Shown piece by piece: positions 49,542 through 58,583 of a DNA stretch of 64,000 nucleotides (position 1 is its first letter; every line of letters begins with the position of its first letter). The DNA lies in the NCBI GenBank assembly GCA_046484865.1, contig JAWOID010000135.1, positions 1 to 64,000 on the forward strand, in the 5' to 3' direction. Made by a program: the position numbers and the translations under genes. This stretch comes from Candidatus Krumholzibacteriia bacterium. Lineage in GTDB: Bacteria > Krumholzibacteriota > Krumholzibacteriia > LZORAL124-64-63. The notes beneath the pieces are model-generated. The model was not told the DNA's origin. It ran no database searches and was given only the letters and a program-made list of their open reading frames with translations.

Positions 49542-50879
49542 CTACGATCTGGACGACGGGCCCCGCGGTCGACCGGACCGGCGCCGGCTGCGACCGCCGA
49601 ATGTCCGCAGGTCGGCCTCCGCCGTCATGTCCTTGCGGGCGCAGCATGACAGCATGGCCAGGCTCCTCCCTTCCATCGGACTGCTCACGACGCGCCGGTG
49701 CCGCTCCAGCTCGCGCACGAGGTCGCGCCCCCCGGGCAGGTCGCGGCAGTAGTCGCGGAACTCGTCGATGATCCCATCGAGGTAACGGCCCGCCTCCTCG
49801 TACTGCCCCTCGGCGTTGAGCTTCGTGGTCTGCAGCAGGATGCTCTTCTGCCACAGTCGCGCGACGATGGCACAGGTTGCGAGATCCGGCAGCTCGGTGG
49901 CCACCTCCTCGACCGGCGCGATGGCGAGCGCCACCGGCAGCGGCGTCCCGCTCCGCGTCACGCTCGACCCGGGATCCTGCCACGAGGGCTCGACCACGAG
50001 CTGCAACCGGTCGCCCACCCTGCCGGCCGGCACGGCGAGTTGCAGGACCACCTGACGGCTCGCCCCGGCCACGAGCGTGCCGAGGGACACCGACAGGCGA
50101 CCGGCACCGGTATGCGCGGGATACGGCCCGAGCACCGTCACCGGCAGGTTGTGCGGGTGGACGACGGCGAGCGTCACGTCCTGGGCCACGGTCTTGAAGA
50201 TCTCGCCCAGCTCGCCCAGGAGCACCTCGACGAGATCCTGCCCGTCGGCCGCGTCGTGCATGCGCCCGCCGCCCTGGTCGGCGATCGCCTGGAGCTGGGT
50301 GGGGCTGTAGTGGTCGCCCACCCCCACCGTCGTCGTGAACAGGCCGCGCTTGCGCAGCTCGGCGGCATGCAGGCCCAGCTCCTCCGGATCGCACAGGCCC
50401 GCATTGGCGTGGCCGTCGGAGATCAGGATCACGCGGTTCTGCATGCCGGCGGTCCGTTCCATCTGGTCGGCCACGCACTCGCAGCCCCGCAGCCAGCCGG
50501 CGGCCAGGTTCGTGCAGCCGCGCGTCTGCAGCCTCGCGATCTCCGCGCGCACCTTCCGCTTGCCGTCGGCGTCGCCGGCCACGGCGTTCGCGTGGGTGAT
50601 CACGTCTTCGGCGAACGAGACGACGGTGATCCGGTCGTCGTCGCGCAGCGCGTCGACGATGCCGCCGGCCGCCTCGCAGGCCGCCTCCAGCGGCTCACCG
50701 CTCATGCTGCCCGACGCGTCGATGACGAGCCCGAGGTTCACGGGCACGCGCTCCTCGCCCTCCTCGCGCGGCACCTGCGGCGCCGCCACCTGCACGAGCA
50801 GGTGCCGCTTGCCGCCCTTCCCGCTCATGAGCCGGCGGTCGAGCTTGGCGCTCCAGGCGAGTTCATGCTTCTTCGTCAT
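49542..50879 (-). CDS. von Willebrand factor A domain protein
   Basis: MIDAS motif VIDASGSM, TNL..GW, ILISDGHAN, TTVGVG; ATGA overlap with MerR-type gene. Confidence 0.9.
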   Translation of the reverse strand: MTKKHELAWSAKLDRRLMSGKGGKRHLLVQVAAPQVPREEGEERVPVNLGLVIDASGSMSGEPLEAACEAAGGIVDALRDDDRITVVSFAEDVITHANAVAGDADGKRKVRAEIARLQTRGCTNLAAGWLRGCECVADQMERTAGMQNRVILISDGHANAGLCDPEELGLHAAELRKRGLFTTTVGVGDHYSPTQLQAIADQGGGRMHDAADGQDLVEVLLGELGEIFKTVAQDVTLAVVHPHNLPVTVLGPYPAHTGAGRLSVSLGTLVAGASRQVVLQLAVPAGRVGDRLQLVVEPSWQDPGSSVTRSGTPLPVALAIAPVEEVATELPDLATCAIVARLWQKSILLQTTKLNAEGQYEEAGRYLDGIIDEFRDYCRDLPGGRDLVRELERHRRVVSSPMEGRSLAMLSCCARKDMTAEADLRTFGGRSRRRSGRPRGPSSRS

Positions 50880-51733
50880 GGTCGTTCCTCCTCGGCGAGT
50901 AGTCTGGTCAGTGCTCTGGCGACCTCATCCAGTCGCGCACGCCGCCGTTCGTCGTCGGGCATGCGGACCTGGATCTCGATGTCGGGGGTGCGGATCCGCT
51001 GCCAGCTCTCACCGCGCTCGCCCTTGCGGATCTGCTCGTCCGAAAGCAGATCCACGAGCACGCGTCGCAGGTCGCGGAGGAGGGAAGAGAGGGGTCCGAG
51101 GTGCGACGGGGGCTCGGCCCGGCGCAGTTGCATGGAGGCGCCCAGCGAGATCGCGTCCCGCGAGCCCGGTTCCTCGAGCAGGAGGGGGTTCGGGCCCTCC
51201 TGCCTGAGCGGCGATACCGTGGCCTCGCGATCGTCCCGCCGGTACGGCGCGACGGCATCCCTGACCAGCGCGTCCTCTCCGGCAGGACGCCCGGCGGTCG
51301 GCCGGCGATCTTCTGTCGCGAGTCGATGCTCGCCTGGCCGGCTCCCCTGCCCGCCTGATCGCAGCTGCCCGATCGACCGCAGGTAGTCGGCCGCCGCGTC
51401 GAGCGGCAGCGACCGGCCGTCGTCGGTGTCGACGATCGTCAGCTGCGCGCCGCCGGACAGCAGGTTCTCTGCTCCCCGCTCGCCCAGCGTGTCGAGCACC
51501 TGCCGGATCTCCGCCAGGCTGAGCGTGCGTCCGGCGGGCTCCACCTTCATCTGTTTCAGCCTGGCGATCATCTGCAACCGTCGCAGCGTCTCCTCGCCGT
51601 AGGTGGCGTTCGGCCCGCGGTCGCCCGCGCCGGGAACCAGGTCTCGCGTGATGTAGAACCGGATCTGGCGCCGGCTGAAGCCGGTGGCGTCGACCAGGTC
51701 GGCGAGGGTGTACTGGCGCGGTTCCGTTGACAT
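50876..51733 (-). CDS. MerR-type HTH domain protein
   Basis: YTLADLVDATGFSRRQIRFYI..DLVPG...ATYGEETLRRL...LSLAEIR; C-terminal ESWQRI..PDIEIQVR. Confidence 0.85.
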   Translation of the reverse strand: MSTEPRQYTLADLVDATGFSRRQIRFYITRDLVPGAGDRGPNATYGEETLRRLQMIARLKQMKVEPAGRTLSLAEIRQVLDTLGERGAENLLSGGAQLTIVDTDDGRSLPLDAAADYLRSIGQLRSGGQGSRPGEHRLATEDRRPTAGRPAGEDALVRDAVAPYRRDDREATVSPLRQEGPNPLLLEEPGSRDAISLGASMQLRRAEPPSHLGPLSSLLRDLRRVLVDLLSDEQIRKGERGESWQRIRTPDIEIQVRMPDDERRRARLDEVARALTRLLAEEERP

Positions 51734-51765
51734 TCTTCTGCCCGTCCTTTCGCGGCTCAGGGGTA

Positions 51766-51794
51766 TTTATACACTGGCCACTGTCGTGTGTCAA
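51766..51794 (-). promoter_or_regulatory. near-consensus sigma70 promoter of the MerR-VWA operon with a dyad in the spacer
   Basis: TTGACA - 17 bp - TATAAA; imperfect palindrome ACAGTGG/CCAGTGT at 51771-51784. Confidence 0.75.
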
Positions 51795-51882
51795 GTAGAA
51801 AAGATTCGTTTTCGTGGGGAAAATCTGCGGGGCCCCTGTCGCCGGCGACGAGCCCGAGGATCGAACCCCTCGGAATTCCTCG

Positions 51883-51909
51883 TCAAGGCCGGCGCATCCG
51901 GTCCGAAGA
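51883..51909 (+). promoter_or_regulatory. putative sigma28-type promoter
   Basis: TCAAG - 14 bp - TCCGAAGA, same geometry as the site upstream of the PilZ gene. Confidence 0.4.
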
Positions 51910-51970
51910 GACTCCCGTGAGAACGAGCCCGGCGGCATTCCCGCCGCCGCGACAGCAAAGGGAGTTGCGC

Positions 51971-52555
51971 ATGACCATCGCGATCACCGGAAGCCTGCCG
52001 CAGCCGAACGCCCTGGTGCGGCCGGCGGCGTCCGAGGCGCCGACGACGACGAAACCGGCGCCCGCCGCCACCGCGCCGGCGACGGCGGAGACCTCGCCTG
52101 CGACCATCGCGGCGCCCGAGTCGCCCACGCGCGGCAAGGCGTCACGCGCGCACGTGCAGCAGAGCCTGCACCACCTCACCCGGGTCATCCGGCACGCCGT
52201 GAAGGACGCCACCCGCGAGGCCGGCATGGATCCCGAGCAGGTGGCCGGCTATCGCGACCTGCTCCACGGGTTCCGCGACAGCCTCCAGGATACGTTCCAC
52301 GCCGCCGGCAGCGGCCGCGACTTCGACCACTCGGTGGTGCTGGCGGGCGTCGGCGAGGCGATGACGTCGCTCACGGCCGGGTTGAAGGCGCTGCGCGGGG
52401 CCGACGACGACGTGGAACCGGTGGAGACGCTGCCGGTGGAGAACCCGCCGGTCGCCCCCGACCCGGTGGGACCCCGGCCCGACGAGCCGACCACGCCGTT
52501 GCCGGACCTGCGGATCGCTCCGGAGCCGGGTGGTCTGCTGTCGGCGGTGGCCTAG
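51971..52555 (+). CDS. hypothetical protein (194 aa; Pro/Ala-rich ends, helical core)
   Basis: AAGGGAG RBS, ATG 51971, GC3-rich frame. Confidence 0.75.
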   Translation: MTIAITGSLPQPNALVRPAASEAPTTTKPAPAATAPATAETSPATIAAPESPTRGKASRAHVQQSLHHLTRVIRHAVKDATREAGMDPEQVAGYRDLLHGFRDSLQDTFHAAGSGRDFDHSVVLAGVGEAMTSLTAGLKALRGADDDVEPVETLPVENPPVAPDPVGPRPDEPTTPLPDLRIAPEPGGLLSAVA

Positions 52556-52721
52556 CCGCCAGGGCGCGATCGAGCCCGCGCCCTGCATCGGGGATATCCC
52601 CCTACCTCGCGTCCTCCGGCTGCCGAGGCGAGCGCCCGCGTCTAAATTGCCAGCGTGAGCCTCGACCGACGGCGCCGGTGGTATCCGGCCGCCATCCGCA
52701 CGATCTGCCCGGAGGACGTTC

Positions 52722-52973
52722 ATGAAGCGCATTCGGCGACCGAGAAGGAACCTGATGTCCGAGCGCCTGAAGGAGACCGTGGCCATCGCCATGGTCGGCG
52801 ACGGACTGCTGGCGCTGGTGGAGCCGGAGCGGCACGTGCGGCTCTGGAACTCGGGGCCCGGCCTCTGGCGCTCGGCCATGGATCCGTTCGAGAAGCGCCC
52901 GATGGTCACACGAGCGACAGCCGTCGCCCAGGTGGGGCTCGGGCTGTGGCTGGCGTCGCGACAGCGGGCCTGA
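52722..52973 (+). CDS. small hypothetical membrane-associated protein
   Basis: GGAGG RBS; AMVGDGLLAL..P.RH..LW motif, hydrophobic C-terminus; start may be ATG 52755. Confidence 0.65.
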   Translation: MKRIRRPRRNLMSERLKETVAIAMVGDGLLALVEPERHVRLWNSGPGLWRSAMDPFEKRPMVTRATAVAQVGLGLWLASRQRA

Positions 52974-53111
52974 AGGGCCTGAGTGCGGGAGCGGATGGTG
53001 CGGAAGGTGCTGGTGGTGAGATAGGTCGTGTCCGGGCTCGCGCAGTGGCCCTGATCGTCGCGTTCGACGCCACCATGGTCGCGAGCGTGTCGGCCCTGAC
53101 CCTCCTCTTCG

Positions 53112-53537
53112 TCAGACCAGCCGCGCGGTCAGCTCGATCCGCTCCACCGCCGCCAGGGCCTTCGAAACCGGGCACGTGCTCTTGGTCTCCTCGGCCACCT
53201 GCTGGAACCTGGCGTCCTCGATCCCGGGTGCCGAAACCTCCGTGGACAGTTCGATCGCCGTGATCGTGAAGCCGTCGCCCTGCTTCTCGATCCGCACCCG
53301 GGCCGCGGTCTGGATGTTGCGCGGCGGCGCGCCCGCCTGTTCCAGGCCCAGGGACAGCGCCATGGAGAAGCAGCCGGCCAGCGCGGCGCCGATCATCTCC
53401 TCCGGATTGCTGCCTGTCTGCCCCTCGAAGCGGGTGCCCACGCTGAATGGCACCGGGTCGGCGTGCTCGGGCCGCATGATGCCCTTGCCGTCCTTGAGCG
53501 TGCCCTCCCACGTCGCATTCGCCTTGCTGATCGCCAT
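53112..53537 (-). CDS. osmC: OsmC family peroxiredoxin
   Basis: A.WEG.LKDGKG, RFE...GSNPEE.IGAA.AGCFSMA, CPVSKAL; AGGAGG RBS. Confidence 0.93.
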   Translation of the reverse strand: MAISKANATWEGTLKDGKGIMRPEHADPVPFSVGTRFEGQTGSNPEEMIGAALAGCFSMALSLGLEQAGAPPRNIQTAARVRIEKQGDGFTITAIELSTEVSAPGIEDARFQQVAEETKSTCPVSKALAAVERIELTARLV

Positions 53538-53659
53538 CGCTCCACCTCCTGTTCGAATGGTCCGTCCAAGGTAGACCAGGATGATCGCGGCCGCTCACCG
53601 CCCCGGCGGCCCCCGCTCGCTTCTCGGTCCGCCGCCGGTCCACGGCCGGTCCACGGCCT

Positions 53660-53883
53660 GGTTGACGGCCGGAGACAGGATCGTCGACTTCTGGACCGTG
53701 GAGGGGACGCACACCGAGAACCTGCGCGGCCTCCCTCCCACCGGACGGCCGGTGCGGTTCTCGGGCGTGGCGATCGACCGGGTTGCGGGGGACCTGGTCG
53801 TGGAGGAGTGGGTCTTCTTCGACATGCTCGGCCTGCTGCGGCAGCTCGGCATGACGGTGGTGCCCGCCGACGCAGCCAAGTGA
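53660..53883 (+). pseudogene. C-terminal fragment of a SnoaL-like ester cyclase
   Basis: GDRIV..WTVEGTH....GLPPTGRPVRFSG..I.RV....VEEW...DMLGLLRQLG; N-terminal half absent. Confidence 0.7.
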
Positions 53884-54013
53884 AGGCGCCGGGGCACCAC
53901 CGGGTCATCCCTCCACAAGCGTGATCTGCGCAACGCTCGAGCCACTCGAGCAGGCGCCGCGTCGAGCCCCCACGTCCAGCCCCGTTCACGGAAGCCGCGG
54001 TGATCCGGGCTCT

Positions 54014-54175
54014 TCACCGCAGGCGCATCCTGCCCAGCAACTCCTGGTACCGAGGGTCGTCCCGGACCGGATCCAGCCAGGGATACGACTTGATCGGCAT
54101 GACGAGCGGATCGCGCTGGTCGATGGCCGCCGTCAGGCATCGGAAAACCTCGTCCCATTCGTCCAGTCCCGGGCG
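54014..54175 (-). pseudogene. C-terminal fragment of a TPR-tailed signalling protein
   Basis: LDEWDEVFRCL..AIDQRDP.....K..PWLDPVRDDPRYQELLGRM matches the usual end of TolB-like/TPR kinase or cyclase proteins; rest of gene missing. Confidence 0.6.
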
Positions 54176-54295
54176 CGAACGGCGGTTGCGCCAGGCGGAG
54201 ACTTGACCGCGTGCTCGGTCCCCCACTATCATGGACACCTGATAGCGTAACCTCATATTGCGGAACATCGGTGCAAATGATCGGCGGGCTCGCTC

Positions 54296-54445
54296 GTGTC
54301 CACTCCCCCGACCGTCCGCGTCCTGCTTGTGGACGACGACGCGCACTTCGCCGCCACCTGGGCTGAACTGCTCGGGGGCATCTTCGTCGTGGCGACCGTG
54401 CCGGACATCGACGCGGCGCGGCGGGCCATCTGGCGCAACGCATGA
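54296..54445 (+). pseudogene. truncated response-regulator receiver domain
   Basis: GTG 54296: MSTPPTVRVLLVDDDAHFAATWAELLG...DAARRAIWRNA-stop, ending before the phospho-Asp strand. Confidence 0.55.
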
Positions 54446-55067
54446 ACCAGCGTCGAACTTAACGAGAGATTGAGGATGTGGTTCTCGGCCTTGGCCAGCT
54501 CGATCCCGGTCTCGAGCACCTGTACCAGCTCGAGAACCCGGTCCTTGTCGAATGCGTGCCCCGCAACGATCTCCTGATACTCTGCCCTACATTCCCGTTC
54601 TCGAACGTTCACGTAATCAACTGCCCACTCGAGGTCCCAGAGAAGGCTCGCCCCAGGCCGTGTGCCGCCGCGAACTGCTGCGATCTCACCGCGTCGGCGC
54701 GTGCTCTTGCGGCCGACCGCTGCACGTTCAGCCAGTGCTCGAACGCGCCGGATCCAAGTGCACGGTCGATGACTCTCCGTGGTGAATTGCCGAGTACGCG
54801 CCGGTCCCCCATCGACGGCTCCTCGCGCTGCGCAGACAGCAGGCATCTGCTCTGGCTGGCATCAGTCGCGGCGTGGTTCCGCCGAACAACGATCGTGAGG
54901 GCCGGCTTTCGACATGCACGTGCGGGATCTCCGGGACGTCACTGATCAGGTCCTCCGCGAACGTCCGCGCGGCGCACAGCCCGCGCAGATCGGCCAGCCC
55001 GAGCCCATTCACCGGCTCGACGTCGCTCAAGCGGGCCTGCGCCCGGTTGCGGATGAGCGCCACCGCC

Positions 55068-55168
55068 CAGGGTCGGTGGCGCTCCGGCGCGCATTTCCGG
55101 GTCCACCATGGAAGTTCGGCGAACGGTGGCGTGGCGCTCTCGGGTTTAGCTGCGTCCGCGGCGAATGG
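55068..55168 (+). repeat. ~100-bp direct repeat, copy 1
   Basis: Near-identical to 57632-57731, including an identical block TGGCGCTCCGGCGCGCATTTCCGGGTCCACCATGGAAGTTCGGCGAACGGTGGCGTGGCGCTCTCGGGT. Confidence 0.9.
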
Positions 55169-55280
55169 AGCGGCCTGGCCAAGTAGAGACAATCCCATTT
55201 CTCGGCCCCCGGCCGCCGACGACCGGGGCCTTCGATCCGTAACGCCCATGGCATCGGCGGATGCGCGAGGGGATGCGTCG

Positions 55281-57734
55281 TCAGCGGACGATGACCACCT
55301 TGCACGCGCCGGCACGGTCGCCCTGGCGCACGTGCACGAGGTAGACGCCCGACGGTGCCGTTGCGCCGCCGGCGGTACGGCCGTTCCAGATGGTCTCACC
55401 GCTCCCGGCACCCGGCGGCGGCGCGGCCGTGCTCCACACCTCGCGACCGGCGGCGTCGAAGATGCGCACCTGCACCGGCTCGCCGCCCTCGGCCTCGTAG
55501 CGGATCGCGACCTGGTCGTAGAACGGGTTGGGTACCGCGCTCACCGTGGGCGCGGCGGGCGGCGGCGTCCGGCTCAGGTCGTCGAGCAGGTGACGCATCG
55601 CAGCGTGGATCCGCAGCAGACCGGCGCCGGCAGCATCGACGTCGGTGCCGCCTCCGGCGGGCGCCGCCCCCGCTTGCAGGTAGCGCAGGCACGCTGCCGC
55701 GTCGAGGTCGGGCCGGAGTTCGAGCAGGAGCGCCACGGCTCCGGCCACGAAAGGGGCGGCGGCGCTGGTGCCGTGGAAGGCGGCGAAGCCGTTGGGGTTG
55801 TCGGCATCGGGCGCGGTGACGACGAAGCCGGGCGCCGCGATGTCCACCACGGCGGCACCATCCAGGCGAGGACCGCGGCCGCTGAAGAAGGCGATGCTGT
55901 CGTCGAAGTCGTCGTAAGCCGCCACGCCGATGGCGCAGTCGGCGGTGGCGGGCCACGTGGCGGTGGCGGCGACCTCGGTGCCGGTCATCCAGCTCGACGG
56001 CGACACCCAGCCCGAGGCGTCGTCGAAGAAGTAGCCGTGGATCTCACCGGCCCGGCCGGCGAAATCGAACCGCCAACGCCCTCCCGCCGAGGCCTCTTCG
56101 TCGGTAGCGGTCAGTCGCAGGTCCAACCGCCGGGTGCCACGGGGCGAGACCGTCAGGCAAGACCACAGGCGATAGCCCGCGGTCGCTACCGTACTGCCGT
56201 CGAGCGGGAGCGCCACGGCCGCTTCGCCGGGGGGCTCCACCCTGAGGCCGCGGCCGACCTCGTCGGTCCAGTGGAAGCTGATCCAGACCGTCGTGGCTGC
56301 GCCGTCCACGTCCAGGGCCTGGTCGTCCTCGCTCCCGAAACGGGCGTGCATGGTGCTGCTGCCCAGGTTGCCCACCGGGACCACGAACACGACGCCGGCA
56401 TCCGCCGCGAACTCGTCCATCATCGTCTCGAGGTTCGACGACCCGTCGAGCGAGCGCCACACCCACTCGCCGTTCTCGATGAGGACCACCCTTGCTCCCT
56501 CGGCCACCGCCCACGCCAGCCCCGCCTCGGTGGAGGTCGTGGGCTGCGGCTCATCCGGGTAGTCCAGGATCACGTGGAGCAGCTCGACTCCGGGAGCGGC
56601 CCCGGTCATGCGGTGTCGTCCGGCCGAGCCGCCGGCCAGGATGCCGCTGACCGGGGTGCCATGGTTCCACAGATCGCCCTCGCAGGCGAGCAGGTCGACC
56701 CCGCGCCGGTAGACGACGCCCGCCCGGTCGCGGATGGCGCGGATGCAGCTGGGGCCGAGCGCCAGCAGGGGCTCGCCGACGTCGAGGCTGCCGTCGCCGT
56801 CGCGGTCGTCGCAAAGGAACAGGCGCTCGCCCAGGCAGGGGTCGGTGTCGTCGTAGGCGGGTGGCCCCTGGTCCAGGTTCCAGTCGACGTCCACGTCGTT
56901 GAAGAGATAGTCGAGGTCGGCGTCGTAGAGTCCGGTGTAGTTGCCGAACCGCGACGTGCCGGTGGCCTCGCGGTGGCGCAGCCGCTCGCACGGGCCGGCC
57001 ACGCCGTCGCGGTCGAGGTCCACGGCATCACCGTCGGTCAGGGTGCCGCTGCCGTCCACGTCGAGCCACGTGAACGACTCGCCGGAGAGCCGAAAGAGAC
57101 TGGCATGGAGGACGTTCACACCGGTGTCCATGTCGCACACGATCACGCCCCGACCGGTGACCGTGCCGCCCAGAGGCGACGGCACGGTCCATGCCCGGTC
57201 GGCCTCCACCTGCGGGATCATCCTCGCCAGGGGGGGCACCGAGGGCGGGCGCCAGGCGCACTCCACGCGCATCACGTCGGCGCGCTCCGCCAGGTGCGGC
57301 AGCGCGGCGAGGGGAATCCACGCAGGCCGGACGGTCCGGCTACCCTGCATCGCGAACCTCAGGCCGTGGGACTCCAGTTCGCGGAGCCGATCCTCTCCGG
57401 GCGCGGCGGTGAACCGGATGGAGCCGGCGAAGCCGGTGGTTTCGAGAGCGCCCCACTTCGCAGAAGTTGCCGCGAGGTAGGCTACGGGTGCGTCGAGCCT
57501 GGTCATTGTGGTCGCAACATCGGGGGCGGTCCGGGTTGACGCGACTGTCTCGGCGAAGGCCGGCTGGAAGGCTGCGGGGAGAGCTGGAAAGAGGAAGAGG
57601 AGGACGACCGGGAGGAGCTTGCGCTCGGGAACAGGGTCGATGGCGCTCCGGCGCGCATTTCCGGGTCCACCATGGAAGTTCGGCGAACGGTGGCGTGGCG
57701 CTCTCGGGTGAAGCTGCGTCCGCGGCGATGGCAA
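55281..57734 (-). CDS. S8 family serine peptidase with FlgD/T9SS-like CTD
   Basis: CDMDTG, NHGTPV.G, HGTSAAAP triad; EF-hand-like D-rich loops; C-terminal AVPNPF...IFDAAGREV...WNGR...SGVY; start uncertain (TTG 57734 at the edge of repeat copy 2). Confidence 0.85.
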   Translation of the reverse strand: MPSPRTQLHPRAPRHRSPNFHGGPGNARRSAIDPVPERKLLPVVLLFLFPALPAAFQPAFAETVASTRTAPDVATTMTRLDAPVAYLAATSAKWGALETTGFAGSIRFTAAPGEDRLRELESHGLRFAMQGSRTVRPAWIPLAALPHLAERADVMRVECAWRPPSVPPLARMIPQVEADRAWTVPSPLGGTVTGRGVIVCDMDTGVNVLHASLFRLSGESFTWLDVDGSGTLTDGDAVDLDRDGVAGPCERLRHREATGTSRFGNYTGLYDADLDYLFNDVDVDWNLDQGPPAYDDTDPCLGERLFLCDDRDGDGSLDVGEPLLALGPSCIRAIRDRAGVVYRRGVDLLACEGDLWNHGTPVSGILAGGSAGRHRMTGAAPGVELLHVILDYPDEPQPTTSTEAGLAWAVAEGARVVLIENGEWVWRSLDGSSNLETMMDEFAADAGVVFVVPVGNLGSSTMHARFGSEDDQALDVDGAATTVWISFHWTDEVGRGLRVEPPGEAAVALPLDGSTVATAGYRLWSCLTVSPRGTRRLDLRLTATDEEASAGGRWRFDFAGRAGEIHGYFFDDASGWVSPSSWMTGTEVAATATWPATADCAIGVAAYDDFDDSIAFFSGRGPRLDGAAVVDIAAPGFVVTAPDADNPNGFAAFHGTSAAAPFVAGAVALLLELRPDLDAAACLRYLQAGAAPAGGGTDVDAAGAGLLRIHAAMRHLLDDLSRTPPPAAPTVSAVPNPFYDQVAIRYEAEGGEPVQVRIFDAAGREVWSTAAPPPGAGSGETIWNGRTAGGATAPSGVYLVHVRQGDRAGACKVVIVR
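57632..57731 (+). repeat. ~100-bp direct repeat, copy 2
   Basis: See 55068-55168; overlaps the predicted 5' end of the S8 gene. Confidence 0.9.
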
Positions 57735-57982
57735 TCCGTGACCTCCCGTCCGCCCGTGAACTGAGGGTACGGGCTGCGGTCGACGGGATCAACGGGTGGG
57801 GAGCCGAAGTCACCTGCGGATTGAAGGGGTTGTCTGGGCGGGGCCCTCTTGCGGGGGGTGGGGTGATTCCATACGATCATCCGCCGGACGGAACGGATAC
57901 GACCATCGTCGCGGCCACGGATGCCCGCCCTGTCTCGCCCATATCTGTAGGATTCGCCCTACCTGATCCGAGGGAGGTCGCG

Positions 57983-58402
57983 ATGAGAACCTTGCGCACG
58001 ACGTTCATGATCGGCGCCATCCTGGCCCTCGCCGGCACAGCCTTTGCCCACTCCCTGACCGGTCCGGCCGTCGTGCAGGCCGACGGTGCCGGACACTTCG
58101 CGTACGAACTGACCCTGGTCGTGGATTCCGCCACGGAGCTGGGATACGCCGAGTGGAGCGGAACAGAGAACACCGACCTGGAATGGACTCACGTCGACGG
58201 GTTCTGCGCCACACCGCACGAGATCGGGACGTTCATGATCCCGATGGAGGGGAACCTGCTTCACCCCGAGATGGGCGCGGCGGCGATGTATGTCTACGCG
58301 CTCTGCGACGGGTGGACGGGAGAGGTCCACACCGACATCCTGGCCCCGACCGTCGCCGCCGAGCACGAGACCTGGGCGGCCGTGAAGCGGATCTACCGCT
58401 GA
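57983..58402 (+). CDS. small secreted protein with C-terminal TWxxVKxxYR motif (139 aa)
   Basis: GGAGG RBS, signal peptide ending TAFA, two Cys, ends TVAAEHETWAAVKRIYR. Confidence 0.85.
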   Translation: MRTLRTTFMIGAILALAGTAFAHSLTGPAVVQADGAGHFAYELTLVVDSATELGYAEWSGTENTDLEWTHVDGFCATPHEIGTFMIPMEGNLLHPEMGAAAMYVYALCDGWTGEVHTDILAPTVAAEHETWAAVKRIYR

Positions 58403-58414
58403 AGGCCGACGGCG

Positions 58415-58454
58415 CGAGTGCCCGGGTGGCCGCCGGGTGGCCCGGGTACTCGGA
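58415..58454. repeat. REP-like hairpin between convergent genes
   Basis: CGAGTGCCCGGG / CCCGGGTACTCG stem; 58441-58454 is the reverse complement of TCCGAGTACCCGGG in the 27.5-kb array. Confidence 0.55.
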
Positions 58455-58583
58455 CGGCCAGGCGACCGCGGGCGTCGCGAGCTGGTCTGGGACGGCTGCG
58501 ACGCGGCGGCTGGGCGGTCGCCTCGGGCGTGGACCGTGGGGCTGCGGGAGAGTCATAAGCAGCCCATGGCGTCGCGCCTGCGA

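Noticed and set aside
55068..55168. Glycine riboswitch or integron attC identity for the 100-bp repeat
   Set aside because: GAGAG/CGCCGAA present but the GAAGG and CUCUCAGG elements are missing; no RYYYAAC...GTTRRRY ends and no integrase
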